This document shows positions 39,189-53,765 of a DNA stretch of 64,000 nt, one piece after another (within the stretch, counting starts at the first letter, position 1; every line of letters begins with the position of its first letter). The position numbers were made by a program, and so were the translations under genes. Under the pieces are notes generated by a model. That model saw only the letters and a program-made list of their open reading frames with translations. It was not told the DNA's origin and did not search any database. The DNA lies in contig JALDZS010000023.1 in the NCBI GenBank assembly GCA_022813965.1, positions 1 through 64,000 of the forward strand, in the 5' to 3' direction. The stretch is from Toensbergia leucococca. Lineage: Eukaryota.

Positions 39189-41075
39189 ATGGCCCAAGAT
39201 GCTGATAAGCAGAAGATTGTTGTAGTCGGCGCTGGGCCTGTTGGCGCTCTTGCAGCCCTCTACTCCGCTCATAGAGGTGACAATGTCCAAATCTACGAGC
39301 TTAGAGATGGTAAGTAGAAATTCTTCTCATTTGCTTCATTTTGCCGTTCACGTTGTCTTTGGCATGAATGTGTCTTGGCTTCAATATGTGTCATATCAAT
39401 ATCGAAGATTTCGCGTTCATCTTCTCATCCACGCCGTCTCTTCTCATCTTTCAAGTACCACAGGGAGTACAGCGCCTCGTCTCATCAAGTATGTGAATAT
39501 GTAGCCTTCTCGGCTGTATATACTTAGTCACCCCTGTTGTATTTGGGGATGATTTAAAGGGTGCTTGGTCAAGGTCTTGTTACTGAGACCTTCGGCATTT
39601 AGATCTCCGCGATCCATCAACGACCCCCCTAAACTTTACTAAATCAATCAACCTCGCTTTGTCGGAACGGGGCATCAATTCCATGAGACTCTCCCAATGC
39701 GAAGGACTCATTGACGATGTTCTCAAAGATACAATTCCAATGCATGGCCGCATGATCCACGGGCGCCGAAAGGCTGGCGAGCTATATCAAGAGTCGCAAG
39801 AGTACGATGTACATGGTCGAGTATGTATATTATACATGTATATTTTGCTGGATAGGGGTAGCTCACGGACCGTAGTTCATTCGAGCAGTAGATCGCGCCG
39901 GTCTCAACAAAGGCCTCCTTGACTCCCTAGAGCGAATGCCAAACGTCACCTTTCACTTCAACCACAAACTCACAGGCGCCGACTTCAAAAAGAAAATTGC
40001 CTGGTTCGAGCAACGGCCCAACGTTTCCAAGACTGACAACCCTCACAGTCCCACTCATACTTCTTTGTGGGAGAAGGACCCTGCCCGAGCTTCCGAAATA
40101 GCCGTGGATTTCGATCTGCTCATCGGTGCTGATGGAGCCCACTCTGCAACACGCTACCACATGATGAAGTACGCCCAACTCTCCTACCAGCAATCATACA
40201 TCGATACGCTATGGTGCGAGTTCCGCATCGCCCCCACAGCTGACGGCACCTTCGCCATCTCCCCAAACCATTTGCACATCTGGCCCGGCGGCTCCTTCAT
40301 GTTCATCGCCATTCCCTCGGCCGACAAGTCCTTCACCTGCACCCTCTTCGCCCCCTCTTCCCACTTCTCTTCCCTCTCCAAGCTCCCCGCCCCCTCCCTC
40401 CTCACATTCTTCGCCCAAAACTTTCCAGGCGTCTGCCCCGACCTAATTTCCCCCAAAGACCTCCAACACCAATTTCACTCAAATCCTCACCTACCCCTTA
40501 TCTCCATAAAATGCAGCCCACACCACTACGCGTCAAGCGTCGTCATCCTCGGTGACGCCGCCCACGCCATGGTCCCCTTCTACGGCCAAGGCATGAACGC
40601 GGGCCTCGAAGACGTCCGCGTGCTTTTCGACTTCCTCGACGCTCACGGCGTCTACGATCCCACACTCCCAGACCCCATCGCACGCGAGCAAGCTAGGGCC
40701 CAAGCTCTGGCGGAATACACCATGCAACGGACCCCAGATGCTGCGGCCATCAACGACCTCGCTCTGCGCAATTACGAAGAAATGCGCTCGAGTGTCAAGT
40801 CGCCGCTTTATCGGATCAGGAAGTGGGTTGAGGAGAGAGTGGATGTTTATTTCCCGAGTTTGGGGTTCAGCACGCAGTATAGCCGGGTGAGTTTCGGGAA
40901 TGAGAGGTATAGCGAGGTGGAGAAGGCGGTGGAGCGGCAGGGTAAGATCTTGATGCGGGCGTTGAGTATGAGCTTTGTAGGACTAGGGGGCTTGGGATGT
41001 TTCTTGCTTTGGAGGGGGAATCGTGCGGGGCTGTCTGGAAGATGGCTTGGTGGTTTGACGACCCACAAGCGATAG
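39189..41075 (+). CDS. BNA4: Kynurenine 3-monooxygenase
   Basis: [71 protein letters not shown]-terminal TM anchor; introns 39310-39602 and 39821-39875. Confidence 0.96.
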
Positions 41076-41330
41076 GTGTCAAAGTTCAGAAGTATACCTA
41101 GCTTTTACATATCCTTGCTTTTAGGCGAGCAACAGATGTCAGATCGACATCAAAGTAAAATAAGACAGTGACTTTTCGTATTCCAGTCCATCGAACAAAA
41201 ATTCACCTATCAGTACCTATTTACCAGACATCCGGCTCTCCTAGCGGCATGCATCATAACCAGTACCTTTCAAAGTTCCGGCAAGATCTCTCGCACACCT
41301 CTCTCCGAAGCAACTGACAATCACAGACCA

Positions 41331-43375
41331 CTACTTCTCAAGCCCCAAGTCCTCCTCCGCTGGGACCACACGAATGGTATTAGTGTGACCTTGCCCACCA
41401 CGCCAGCCCTGCACACAGACCACATTGTCGCCTCGGTTCAACACACCGAGCTTGATGGCTTCGGAGATACCCCATGAGAGACGACGGTCCACGTCCTCTT
41501 GCCAATCCTTCTCTTTAAAGTCGGGCTTCTTTTCATCGAATAGGAACGGGTACACGCCGCGGTAAAGATGGGAATACTGCCAGCGGGGGTTAATATAAAT
41601 GGAAAGGGGTTGTGGAAGGGGTACTTACACGAGAGGCTGTAGGGTTACGAGTGACCATGATGATTGGGCACACTGGACGGTATTTTGAACACAGACGAGC
41701 AGACTTGCCGCTGTACAAAAGATTAGTATACACTCATGATCTAGTGAAGGTCAAGCTTCCTTACCTCGTAGTCAGAACAAGAATTGCACCCGCATTTAGC
41801 TCTAAGCTCGCACTTACGGCGGACATAGCACATGACTCGAGGACACCGGTGGGCCTAGGAGCCAAGCGCCGCAACTCATCGAATAGATTGACATATGGAA
41901 TAGCGATCTCGGCCAGTAAACACGTTTCATGCATCATGGCAACAGACTCGCGGGGATAGTTGCCTTTGGCAGTTTCGCCAGACAACATGACACAGTCTGC
42001 TCCGTCCAAAACCGCATTACCAACATCGCTCACTTCGGCACGAGTTGGACGAGGATTGTAGGTCATCGATTCGAGCATTTGAGTGGCGCAGATGACAGGC
42101 TTGCCAGCAAGATTGCATTTGGCGATCATCATCTTCTGAGCAATAAAAACCTGAGCTGGAGGAATCTCGATACCAAGATCGCCACGAGCAACCATGACTC
42201 CATCTGTCTCCTTGAGGATCTCGTCGAAGTTGTTCACCCCCTGTTGATTCTCGATCTTGGCAATGATCTGAATCTCCTTCCCATCTTCGCCCAAGACTTC
42301 ACGAATTGCAGTAATATCGCTACCGCGACGAATAAATGACGCAAATACCATATCGACTTTATTCTTCACACCAAAACGAAGGTCATTCTTATCTTTCTCT
42401 GAAAGAGCAGGGAGATCGACATCAGTCTTTGGGAGATTGACACCTTTCTTTGAAGAAATCTTGCCGTTATTCATACACTTGACACGAAGGGTCTTGTCAT
42501 CGACGACTTCGAGGACTTCAAAAGACAATACACCATCATCAACGTAAATAGTGCGACCTTTCTCGATAACCTTAGTGATGTTCTTATAATCAACATACCT
42601 TTACAAATCAGTCAATCCTTGTAGCTTAGTATATTTGGCACTTCTCACAGAACTCACATGTTCTTGTCGTCACTGGCAGTTGCATACTTGTCGTCGGTAG
42701 TAATGTTCATTTCTGTGCCTGCAGAAATCGAAATGTCCTCATCTCCGGTAGTGTTCCCGGTACGAATCTCAGGACCTTTCTACATATAGCAAGCAGATTA
42801 GCGTCGCTCTTTACTTGGAGGAAGGACAAGAGGAAACTCACGGTGTCGAGAGCAACAGCCAATGGGCGTCCTGGTTGACTACGCTCGGCTTCTTTTGCAT
42901 GGTCGATGACAGATTGGTGATACTATAGTTGAAATGTACAGAATTAGCTTTCAAATGATAAGGGCGTAGCATTCGAAGTGTTGAGTCTTGTACGAGGAAT
43001 AGAAGGACTTTGGTTGCCAGGAGTCAAAGAGGAAAATTTCATACCTCGTATGACCCATGGGAAAAGTTCATGCGGACAACATTGAGGCCGGCTATACAAT
43101 GTCAGGGGCCGTTCTACATTCACAGTAAGTAGAAATAGTACCTTTGCGCAGCATGTTGATCTTCTCAGCGGAGTTCGTCTTCGGCCCTAGTAAGAGCCAG
43201 CTGTCAGCACCTCTTATCGCCAACGACTTGACTGTCCATCATTGAAGGTGCATTTACCAATTGTACAAATAATTGACGAGCGTCGTAAGTTCTTCGCTGG
43301 GTGGTATTCGGTGTTGAGGGCGGCAAGCCACTCAAACCGTGTGCGCCCTGACAGGGCGTCGAGAGAATTGGCCAT
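41331..43375 (-). CDS. pkiA: Pyruvate kinase (canonical start; possible upstream start at 43632)
   Basis: [74 protein letters not shown]; seven introns in the canonical CDS. Confidence 0.98.
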
Positions 43376-44705
43376 TTCACGGATTGAGTTGAAGATAGGT
43401 CTGGCCTGAGTAGACGATGTGAGCTGTCAGATTTGTTTTGTCCTAAGCATCGAGTTTCGGCGTAGTTTTTAGATAGTAAAGCTTACAGGTCTATCGTTGT
43501 CTTCGGAGTCCGAGAGGCTGAAGAATTCTGGTGCCGGCGGTTGCTAGAAGGATTGGTTAAAAAAGTTCACTTTCCCAACAGCGACGGGAAGGATGAGGTA
43601 TGCTGAGCTTCACTTACAGCCCACCAAGCCATGGTAGTGGTGGGGTGGTTCATCTTCGTCTAACTGTCCAGTCAGATGTTGATCCGTAATCGATAAGATT
43701 GAGGCTAACGTTAAATGGAAGACGGATCTGGCCGTTGGATTTTAGAGTTATAGCTCCGTTTGGGTTAGCGGTGAAGCTAATACGTAACACAACAAGGTAT
43801 CCGTACCTAGGTAGATCTAAGCATCACAAGTCTCGACACGTCTCCACACCCGTTCAGGTAGACATCCTTTGAATCTCGTCTTATCCTAGCACATAACTCA
43901 GCGATCTGCCTAGAGCAAGTACATCTGCGGTGATGGTGGTCAGTTCTCCCCTCCATGAGCTTGCCTAGGTCGTGGTACTAATCAACTATTTCAAACCAGC
44001 TCGGCAGACTTACCCACTACGCATTCGATGCGGTCCTTCGTAATAAACCCAGACAAGATTGGGTTTTGCACTTTTGCTGATCTTCAACACGCTAGTCTCT
44101 GCTTTTTTAGCAGGTGTAAAGCGATCAACAGGCTTAACGTATGTTGCCCTACATGCCTTCTCTTATATCACATGCAACGCGCTCGTGGAGCCAGAAAGCT
44201 GCATATACCCTGTGGAGTTGGTCAAGAAGCTAATACGCCCTCTGACATGGGGACCGTAGCCCCAGAGTGAATTCGGAGAAGATATCAGATAGCAAGGAGC
44301 TCAAACGATGGGTGGACAACTATCTGGATATGGGCGAATGGGTCATGGATCAGAGCATTGCCGTCATGGGATCGACTGGATGGTTTGAACGTAAACGGTA
44401 ATACACTAGAGGGAAGACCGAATGAGGCATCTACAGATGACGGTGAAAAGCTCTGTCAAAGCAGCTGGGGCTTTTGATCCCATGCACCATACCAGTCTGG
44501 TCGGAGGAGTAAGAGGTTCAACGGCGTTTCCAAATGTGTTTTGACTTCAAAGAGCGCTGCATGCCCAAGCGCCGCGATTCAACTGGGGTCACATTCTACT
44601 TGACATATCCAGAGCTTTGAATTTGTGTCGGCCTACTGTCTGGATCGTGTCTCATTTGATATCGATTCTACACTGCTTATCTCAGAGGCTAGGCTGTAAA
44701 CATAT

Positions 44706-45883
44706 CTAATCAAGATCGTCAGCTGTCGGCTCGAAATCCGATTCCCCTTTGGTCTCCGTCCCCTTCGTCTTTTCTGTCGCCTTCTGCGGCGCTATTGAAG
44801 CAGCCTCTTTATCTGCATCTTCTTTATGGAGGAGCGTAAATACAACCACAAACAATACGTCTCCGGTCTCTTTGTTTTTGAGTACGTACCTAGAAGTGTA
44901 ATGAACATTATAAGTCAGCAAATGCGCCATAACAGCATGCTCAGCTACACCACTCGGCGTATTGTTTACGCTGGAGGACCCAGAAAAGATTTCAAATTAT
45001 CCATAGGGAACTTACCGAAGAGAGTCCATACCATCAAGATACCCTAATATCGACAATGAGAATCCTGGGAGCTTGAGCGCGAATTCTGCTCCCCTCAACA
45101 AATCAGCTTTCCTCGACTCATAGAATTAAGAAGCAGCCGATGTCGCACCATTAAAGTCCAAGTAAGGATTAAAAAAATCAGCCTGGTAAACCCTTCCCTC
45201 CTCCCACATCCACTTCTCTTTCTTGTCTTCGCGGAGAAACCATTTCTTTCTCGCATCTGCTCCTTCGGGGACCTCCAAGTCTTTCCTAATAGTCTGACCA
45301 TCCCCCTCCCCGCCCTCCTTAATCTCGTCCTCATGAACTCCCACCGGAATCTCCCATTCCTTCCCCTCCCCTTTAGCAGTTTTCTCCCCCACCCTCAAAA
45401 GATTGATACTACTCAACGCATTCCCATACAGATATGGCTCATCTGCATGAACGTCTCCATCAAGCCCCGGATCCACAGCCCACTTGACGATTTTCAATGC
45501 CGTGCCGAAGCCGGGCGGAAGGCGATCGCGAATGGGATTATCGAAATCATTGCCGAAAACGAGGGAGGAGCCAGGAATGGAGGTGTGAGGGAGAAGGGTG
45601 AAGGCGATGCTGTATTGGTCATGGAGGTGGGGGCTTGAGGAGAAGTACGGTGATGTTTTGGGAGATCCGTGGGGGAGGCCTGCGAGGGAGGAGTGATTAG
45701 AACTGTGGAAGTGGGAAGGCTGGAGATGAGACCTCTGTAATTCTGTATGCGAACGGCGATCCTGGCGGTGCATTGGCGAGAAGTGATGTGGGCTGAGGTG
45801 GGGCTGTTTACATGGACTAGTTGATGGGTGGAGGGGTCGTATGTTGGGCCGGCGGTGACTCGGAGAAGGTATTTGTCTGCCAT
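44706..45883 (-). CDS. DUF1769 family protein
   Basis: YLLRVTAGPTYD, VRIQNYR|G, LVFGNDFDNPIRDRLPPGF, VDPGLDGD..ADEPYLYG, ARKKWF, DFFNPYLDFN, LRYVLKN; three introns. Confidence 0.88.
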
Positions 45884-46102
45884 TGGGCCTCAGGTTCAAG
45901 AATTGGTGATCAGCTTTTACTATCGAGATGTCATTGCAAATGTTAGAGATATGCAAGGACCGTTTGAAAACAACATGAATTTTAGCGTAATGATGTTTCC
46001 GTTGTTAGATATGTAGCTATGACGAAGCTATTCAATCGTATCAAATTACCTAGCTTTGTTGAGGAATCCAACATCCATTTTTGACTTTGTTTCATATTAT
46101 GG

Positions 46103-47237
<1,135 letters not shown>

Positions 47238-47788
47238 TATAATAAATGCCAGGCAGAAATCTTCTGACCGGTTATGTACCTCGCTTGTAATAGAACTAGG
47301 ACGATGTGCGGCACTAGCATTTAATTTTATCAAACAAATTGTCCAAGCATCCATCCTTTCCAAATAAACCCACATCAATCAAGAACGTTATATGAGGTAT
47401 TCTGTGGTATGTTTGGTCGTAGATTTGATTTGATCGAAACCCCAAAAGTTCTCAAGCTTGACATAAGAATTGCCGCTCTTTGAGTTCATATTCTGTATTG
47501 ATACTTCTCCACGATGCAAATCCGTACCCTTGAGCAACCAACCGCGAGTAAAACCAGAAGCAAACAGGAGATACATCTTCGAGAAGCATTTCTTGGAAGA
47601 CATTTGACGTCAATCTGTTTACCTTCAAGTGTGAATAACATTGCTGCTTCACCTTTCCCTGACGCAGTCCACCTCAAGACTGTACTGAGCCTTGACTGAA
47701 TATCTTATCCTCCTGCCACCTCTTTGATTGAACTTACGAGAAACACTTGTCAGACGTGCTTTGTACAGTACGCTTGTTAAAGTCTACC

Positions 47789-50700
47789 ATGGATGAAGAA
47801 GCAGATTCTGACTTATTGAACTGGTAATCCTCTCTCTCGCCTCCCACGACTCGTACTGGCATAGCTAATTAGCACCTCAGGTACGGTCAACTCGCATCAC
47901 GACGAGTAGACCTTGTTGGCGACTATGCTGGCAAGGAACTTTTCCTCATCGAAGGAGATTCCTTACTGCTGAGATGTTTCAGTGATCCAAAGCTAGATTT
48001 CGATGATGGCTTTCAGCTGCTGCACGCAGCCTATAATGTCGAGCACTTTCTCGATGGCCTCGTGCAAAGGAATTGTAATTTCCACATTGTTTTCTTCGAT
48101 GAACACGAAGAGCTTTGCATTCCCCCTAACACGTCCTCTGCCAACCGTATTAAATATCTCCTTGCAAGATCAGCAATCATTCGTCATCTTACCGTGCATC
48201 TTCCAAAGTCTCATGCTACAATCGAACTTCACAGCTTTACTTCTGTCCGTAGCCTTGTTTTTGAAGAATATCTGAAGGCTTCAGGGATATACTTTGTGAT
48301 GTGTCACGATGGCGCTACAATGAGTACAGGAGTTGAGGTTGACAGCGCTCTGAAAAAGACAAGGATCGCGTTGAGAGCCACGATCTGCCTACTGATCAGC
48401 CAAGGTTTCAATGTAGCACTGATTAATGGATTAGAGTGGAGAGATACCAAGGTATGTCCTAAGAAGCCTTGCCGAGTTTACTTGATTTAACCCGAGTGTC
48501 TAGGTCATCACAATGGTTGTTGAAGGATCACGAAGAATTCAACTACCTACGCTGTCTGATGATGATTTTCAAAGCAAGCCTATGCGTTCGTCAACGAATT
48601 ACTCGGGCTTAGATCTTTCTGATGTCAAACATCGGTTAGAAATTTCCCTTAGAGCTCTTCGACTACATATCCCTTCAAACATCCGAAGTGAAGAGCATCA
48701 ATCAAGAAATGGTAGTCTTGACGGAGCAATATCTTCTACGTCCAGTCTTACGAAAGGCGACCACATTTGCCAGTTGAAATCTTCTTCGGATTTTGACCAA
48801 GCTTTCTTCTCAGAGAAGAATTATTTGACTATCATAGTGATAGCCCAGATATTGCTAGAGGATCATACGAAGATGCAATTAGCATTAGCGTTCCTTGTAC
48901 ACACTGCTTTGATAGGCAACCTGCGAATCTCAGACCGGCGACAAAACGTCGTGCGTCCAAAGAAGGTAAAAAAGCAGAACTCGAAGACTGCTGAATTCCT
49001 TACGGCATTCTCCAAAATAGCTAGGGCGATATTACAGGAGAACCTTTGGGAGCAAGCAATGGGGACAAAGCCTGAAATATGCGACATCATTGATTTGATA
49101 GATGGGCGTTTATTCAACTCCATTGTTTACCAGGTGGTAGAGGATTTCGATGCGAGCAAGATGACTGTATCACTTGCATCAAAAGTGAAAACCCTCATTC
49201 AGGCTTTATGCTCAATAAGCGGCATTCATCTTCGACTTAAAGAACACAACACGTCTCTTGCAAGCCCTAAAGCAGCCTTAGATCAGTCAGACACCGAAGG
49301 AGCGTTACAAATAAGTTCAGTTTTGCCCTTTTCGAATCCCGTGTTCGACAAGCACTTAGCGTCAATAGAACTCTCAGTCGACCGTTCGGTAGTGTCTGAG
49401 GGTCGATCGGCAAGGATATTCCAGGAAATATCTCACTGGCACAACTCGAAACGTCTAATTGATCCGAAGAAGCCGTTGGCGACTTCAGAAAAAGATAAAT
49501 TCTGGGCTCTCAAAAGAAACCAATGGTTCATGGCCGAAATGACTGCGTATGCAGCAAGTTTAACTAACTCGACTGGGAAAATTCTTGAACCTGAGCTTGT
49601 GACCGTATCGGAAATGAAGTCGAGTGGCAAAGCCCTTTCAGAAAACCGGAAGGAAGTTAAAGAAACGGAGCAATCGCAAAAGTCGAATAGTACCAAGGCA
49701 ACTACAAACCGAAAAGGGAACGCAGGAAAGAAAGCTATGCTCGATAGTATCGCAGCAACCAAGGCCGCAAAAGATGACAACGATGCGGAGAGGATATTTT
49801 CTGCCTGGAAAACAATTCAAAAGGCATTAGATGGCGAATCCAATCTGAGGTCACGATTAGTGAAGACTAAGTCTTACCTGAACGAGCTTCCAGATTCAAA
49901 GCGGAAGATCTTGGAGGCCGAGGTCGAGCTTTATATGCTCAACACTCTACTTAGCATATACATTCGTCTTTGTCGAAGAAAAAAACTAAATGAGTCAGCG
50001 GAAGAAGATTCACCTGCGTTGGCAGCAGTGATATGGGATATGCTTCGCCGACTTGCGCTTTCTTCCAGAGGCTTGACCCCGACAATCGCAAAGCAGGTTG
50101 AACAAGTTGCAGCAATGTTAAAAATGCCAAAGATCGATTGCGCCCCGTCGGCACCAGATCGGAAACTGTCCTTTGAAATGAGCCTACCGATAAACGATTT
50201 GCAAACACTTCCCATCGCCCAATCTCCTCGAGAATTCCAACTCCTTCATTGTGGCCCCTATATGGATCGTAATTTAGATTCCGCGCCAGATTCGCGTGTC
50301 CCCTTCAACCCAGATGGCTGGCAGCGTAAAGTCCTTGGTGAATTAGACGCTGACAGAAGCGTTTTTGTCGTTGCTCCAACTAGCGCTGGAAAAACGTTCA
50401 TTTCTTTCTACGCAATGGAGCGGGTGCTCAGAGCAAACGACGATGGCGTTCTTGTATATGTTGCCCCTACCAAGGCCCTTGTCAATCAGATAGCAGCAGA
50501 AATACAGGCGAGATTCAAGAAATCGTACAAATTTGCTGGCAAGTCAGTCTGGGCCATCCACACTCGTGATTATCGGGTCAACAATGCAACCGGATGTCAA
50601 ATACTGGTGACAGTACCGCATATCCTGCAAATTATGCTCTTGTCCGCAAGTAATGCAAAGACATGGTCACCGAGAGTCCGCTGCATCATTTTTGATGAAA

Positions 50701-53700
50701 TACATTCCATTGGTCAGGCCGAGGATGGTGTTGTGTGGGAGCAGCTACTACTGCTGGCTCCCTGTCCCATTATTGCCCTCTCAGCTACAGTTGGTAACCC
50801 AGAGCAATTCAATTCTTGGCTGGCTTCCACACAAGAGTCTTCTGGTTTCCGACTGTCCATGATCACGCATGCGCACAGATATTCAGACTTACGGAAATTC
50901 GTGTTCAGTCCACCAAAACGATTTGCTTTCCATGGGCTAACAGAGCAAAATTCGTTTGCAACCCTTGGTTTGGATGGTATGGCCGGCTTTGCGTTCATAC
51001 ATCCTGTTGCAAGCTTGGTAAATAAATCTCGTGGTATGCCGGAGGATCTAAGTCTAGAGCCCAGGGATTGTCTCCTTCTGTGGCAAGCGATGTCAAGGTA
51101 TGCGACGGATGACTTTCCCATAAGCGGTACATTAGGTCCGGATCACAACATATTCCCTGATATCATCAAGAAGGCCCACGTCATCGAATGGGAGAAATCT
51201 CTCAAAGACTTGCTCCGGAAGTGGATGACTGATGACAGATCTCCATTCGATAAGGTTTTGAAGGACCTCAGCAAGTCTATGAAAGAATCTCGCAACGGAG
51301 AAGTACAACTGTCAAAGATTCATGCAACGGATGAAGAACCTGAAAGTTATGCGGCGGTTGACCCAGATGACCTCTGCCAGACTACCCTCCCATTACTTTC
51401 GAAACTTCACGAACGTGGCGCCCTGCCAGCGATTCTTTTCAATTACGATCGAGGCAAATGTGAGAGCATCTGTATGGCCATTGTATCACAGCTCAAAGCT
51501 GCCGAGAGTAGGTATAAAGCGGAAAGCCCCTCTTGGAGGGCACTCATAAACGGGTGGGAGCAATGGAAAAGCTCCCACACCAAGAAGATTGGCAAAAAGG
51601 CGGACAGAGCTGTTTCGACTAAGAAAAGTAAAGCGCATGATGATGATTCTGTCTCCAAGGCAGACAGGGTTCAAGATGCTGCGAGCAGCGAGACCAGTCC
51701 TTATGCTTTTTTTGATCCCGAAGCTCCTGTGGATGGCTTTCATTTTGCAGCCAAGAAGAAGCTACATGCAGAAGAGCTTTCGGATCATCTCTGGGCTCTT
51801 GAACGGCGAGGCATATCGACCGAGCTCATGGACGCACTCAAGAGAGGGGTTGGTGTTCATCACGCTGGTATGAACCGTAAATACCGTCAAGTGTACGTAG
51901 AAGACTCATATTACTTGTATTTATACGACTGACCCTCTACTTCCTTTCTGCTATCTTTGTTTAATTTGCGGATCGGCTAATTTTATCCTATAGTGTGGAG
52001 ATCCTTTTTAGAAAAGGATACTTGAGGGTAGTTATAGCCACCGGAACACTTGCATTAGGAATCAACATGCCATGTGCTACTGTCGTTTTCTCAGGAGATA
52101 GCGTGTTCCTTACCGCATTGAATTTCAGACAAGCCGCAGGTCGTGCAGGGCGAAGAGGATTTGATCTCCTTGGAAACGTTGTTTTCCAAGGTGTGTCGGA
52201 AGACAAAGTCTGTCGCCTGTTGAGCTCTAGGCTTCCTGACCTTAACGGGCATTTCCCTGTAACGACCACGCTGGTTCTGAGACTTTTCGCGCTTCTCAAT
52301 GAGTCTGGTGGTTCCCCGTATGCCATCAAAGCAATCAACTCGTTGCTTTCACAACCACGCTTGTATTTGGGTGGACCAAGTTTCAAGCAACAAGTTTTGC
52401 ATCATCTTCGATTTTCAATTGAATACCTCCGAAGACTTAGTCTCCTCAGTTCCGGTGGTGCTCCGCTCAACTTTGCAGGTCTGATATCCCACCTCTACTT
52501 TACTGAGAATTCCAGCTTCGCTCTGAACGTGCTTTTAAAGGAGGGGTTCTTCCATGAGATATGTGCCGACATTGACACGAGAGAGTCCAGTGTCCTTCGT
52601 ACCTTGATGGTCACAATGTCACACCTTTTTGGTCGAAGGCCATGTAGGCAGGCTGATAAAGAGTACGTCGAGAATGTTGTGAAGAAGTCTCCTTCGATTG
52701 TGTTTTTGCCGCCTCTACCTAAAAAAGCATCCCGTATTCTCCGTAAACACAATCAAGACACTCTTAATATATTCACCACATATGTTAGGACATTCGTTGA
52801 TCAGCACATCACGACGGAGGACTGTAAATTGCCGTTGACTGGGCTTGAGGTTGGTGGTCAAGAATCACTTGAGGTTCCCTTTACAATGTTACCTCCAACG
52901 AAAGTTCGCTCGGCGTTTGTGGCATTGTCTGGCCACGGAGACAAATTTGACAGCATCTCTGATCTCTGCAATTCTACAAGAGGAGGGGTGTTCCTAGAAG
53001 AGTCGGTAATACCACATCTCGATGTATATCCAGACGAAACGACTACTCCCCTCAATGCCTGTGGGTTACCAACTGAGTTGTTTTCTTTCTGTGGTAGCTC
53101 GAACCTTTGACTGATAACATGTGGCATGCATTAGATTTATACGACTTTTACATGCACGAAGATTTAGGAGCTTTAGAGAAAGCAAATGGTGTTCGCAAAT
53201 CCGATGTATGGTTTTTGCTTAATGGTACGTCCATATGATTTGCTTCTATTTCTTGTGTCCAGTCCTACCGTGGTCTCTCCAATCTTAATTCCCAGAAATT
53301 ACAACAGCACGATAATCTTTTCCCCCAGAACTAATGTCCTTACGCCCAATAGACTTCTCCCTGGTCCTCGCAACAATAACAACCAGCCTGGCCAACTTCC
53401 TCAAATTGCCCGACTCGGAACCGAACATGATCGACGTCCTCGGTGACGGCGACAAAACCGACATGCAGCAAGACGACAAAGCGGCCGCCGACGTTCCCCA
53501 AGAAAAAGGAGGACGCTTGCTGGCTCCAAGCCCCACTCCAGCTGTTGTCACGCAGCAGACGAAGCCTGTTACGAAGAAAAAGGTTGCGGAGTCTTGGGAT
53601 GATGAGGAGGCTGGAGGAGATGGAGGTGAGGTGGAGGAAGATATGTGGAGTGGTGGGAGTGGGAGTGAGGGGGATGGGAATGAGGAGGGATTGTTGAAGG

Positions 53701-53765
53701 TGTTTCAGGCGTTGCAGAAGCTGAAGGCGGAGTTCGATGGCAAGTTTCATGCTATGTGGGCTTAA
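47789..53765 (+). CDS. DDX60-like DExD/H (Ski2-like) RNA helicase
   Basis: N-terminal DLVGDYAGKELFLIEGDSLL...QLLHA.YNVEHFL block characteristic of DDX60; PDGWQ, APTSAGKT, PTKALVNQ, DEIH, LSATVGNP, RGVGVHHAG, ATGTLALGINMPC, QAAGRAGRRGFD; five introns. Confidence 0.88.

Noticed and set aside
39309..39602. [D1,2] stwintron interpretation of the BNA4 intron (G|GT...AAG|TATGT)
   Set aside because: Two-step removal would delete 294 nt and shift the frame; single-intron splicing already restores the conserved ELRxDLRDP sequence.
43900..44690. Short ORFs and protein-like fragments between PK and DUF1769
   Set aside because: Multiple stops, no recognisable family; too weak to call.
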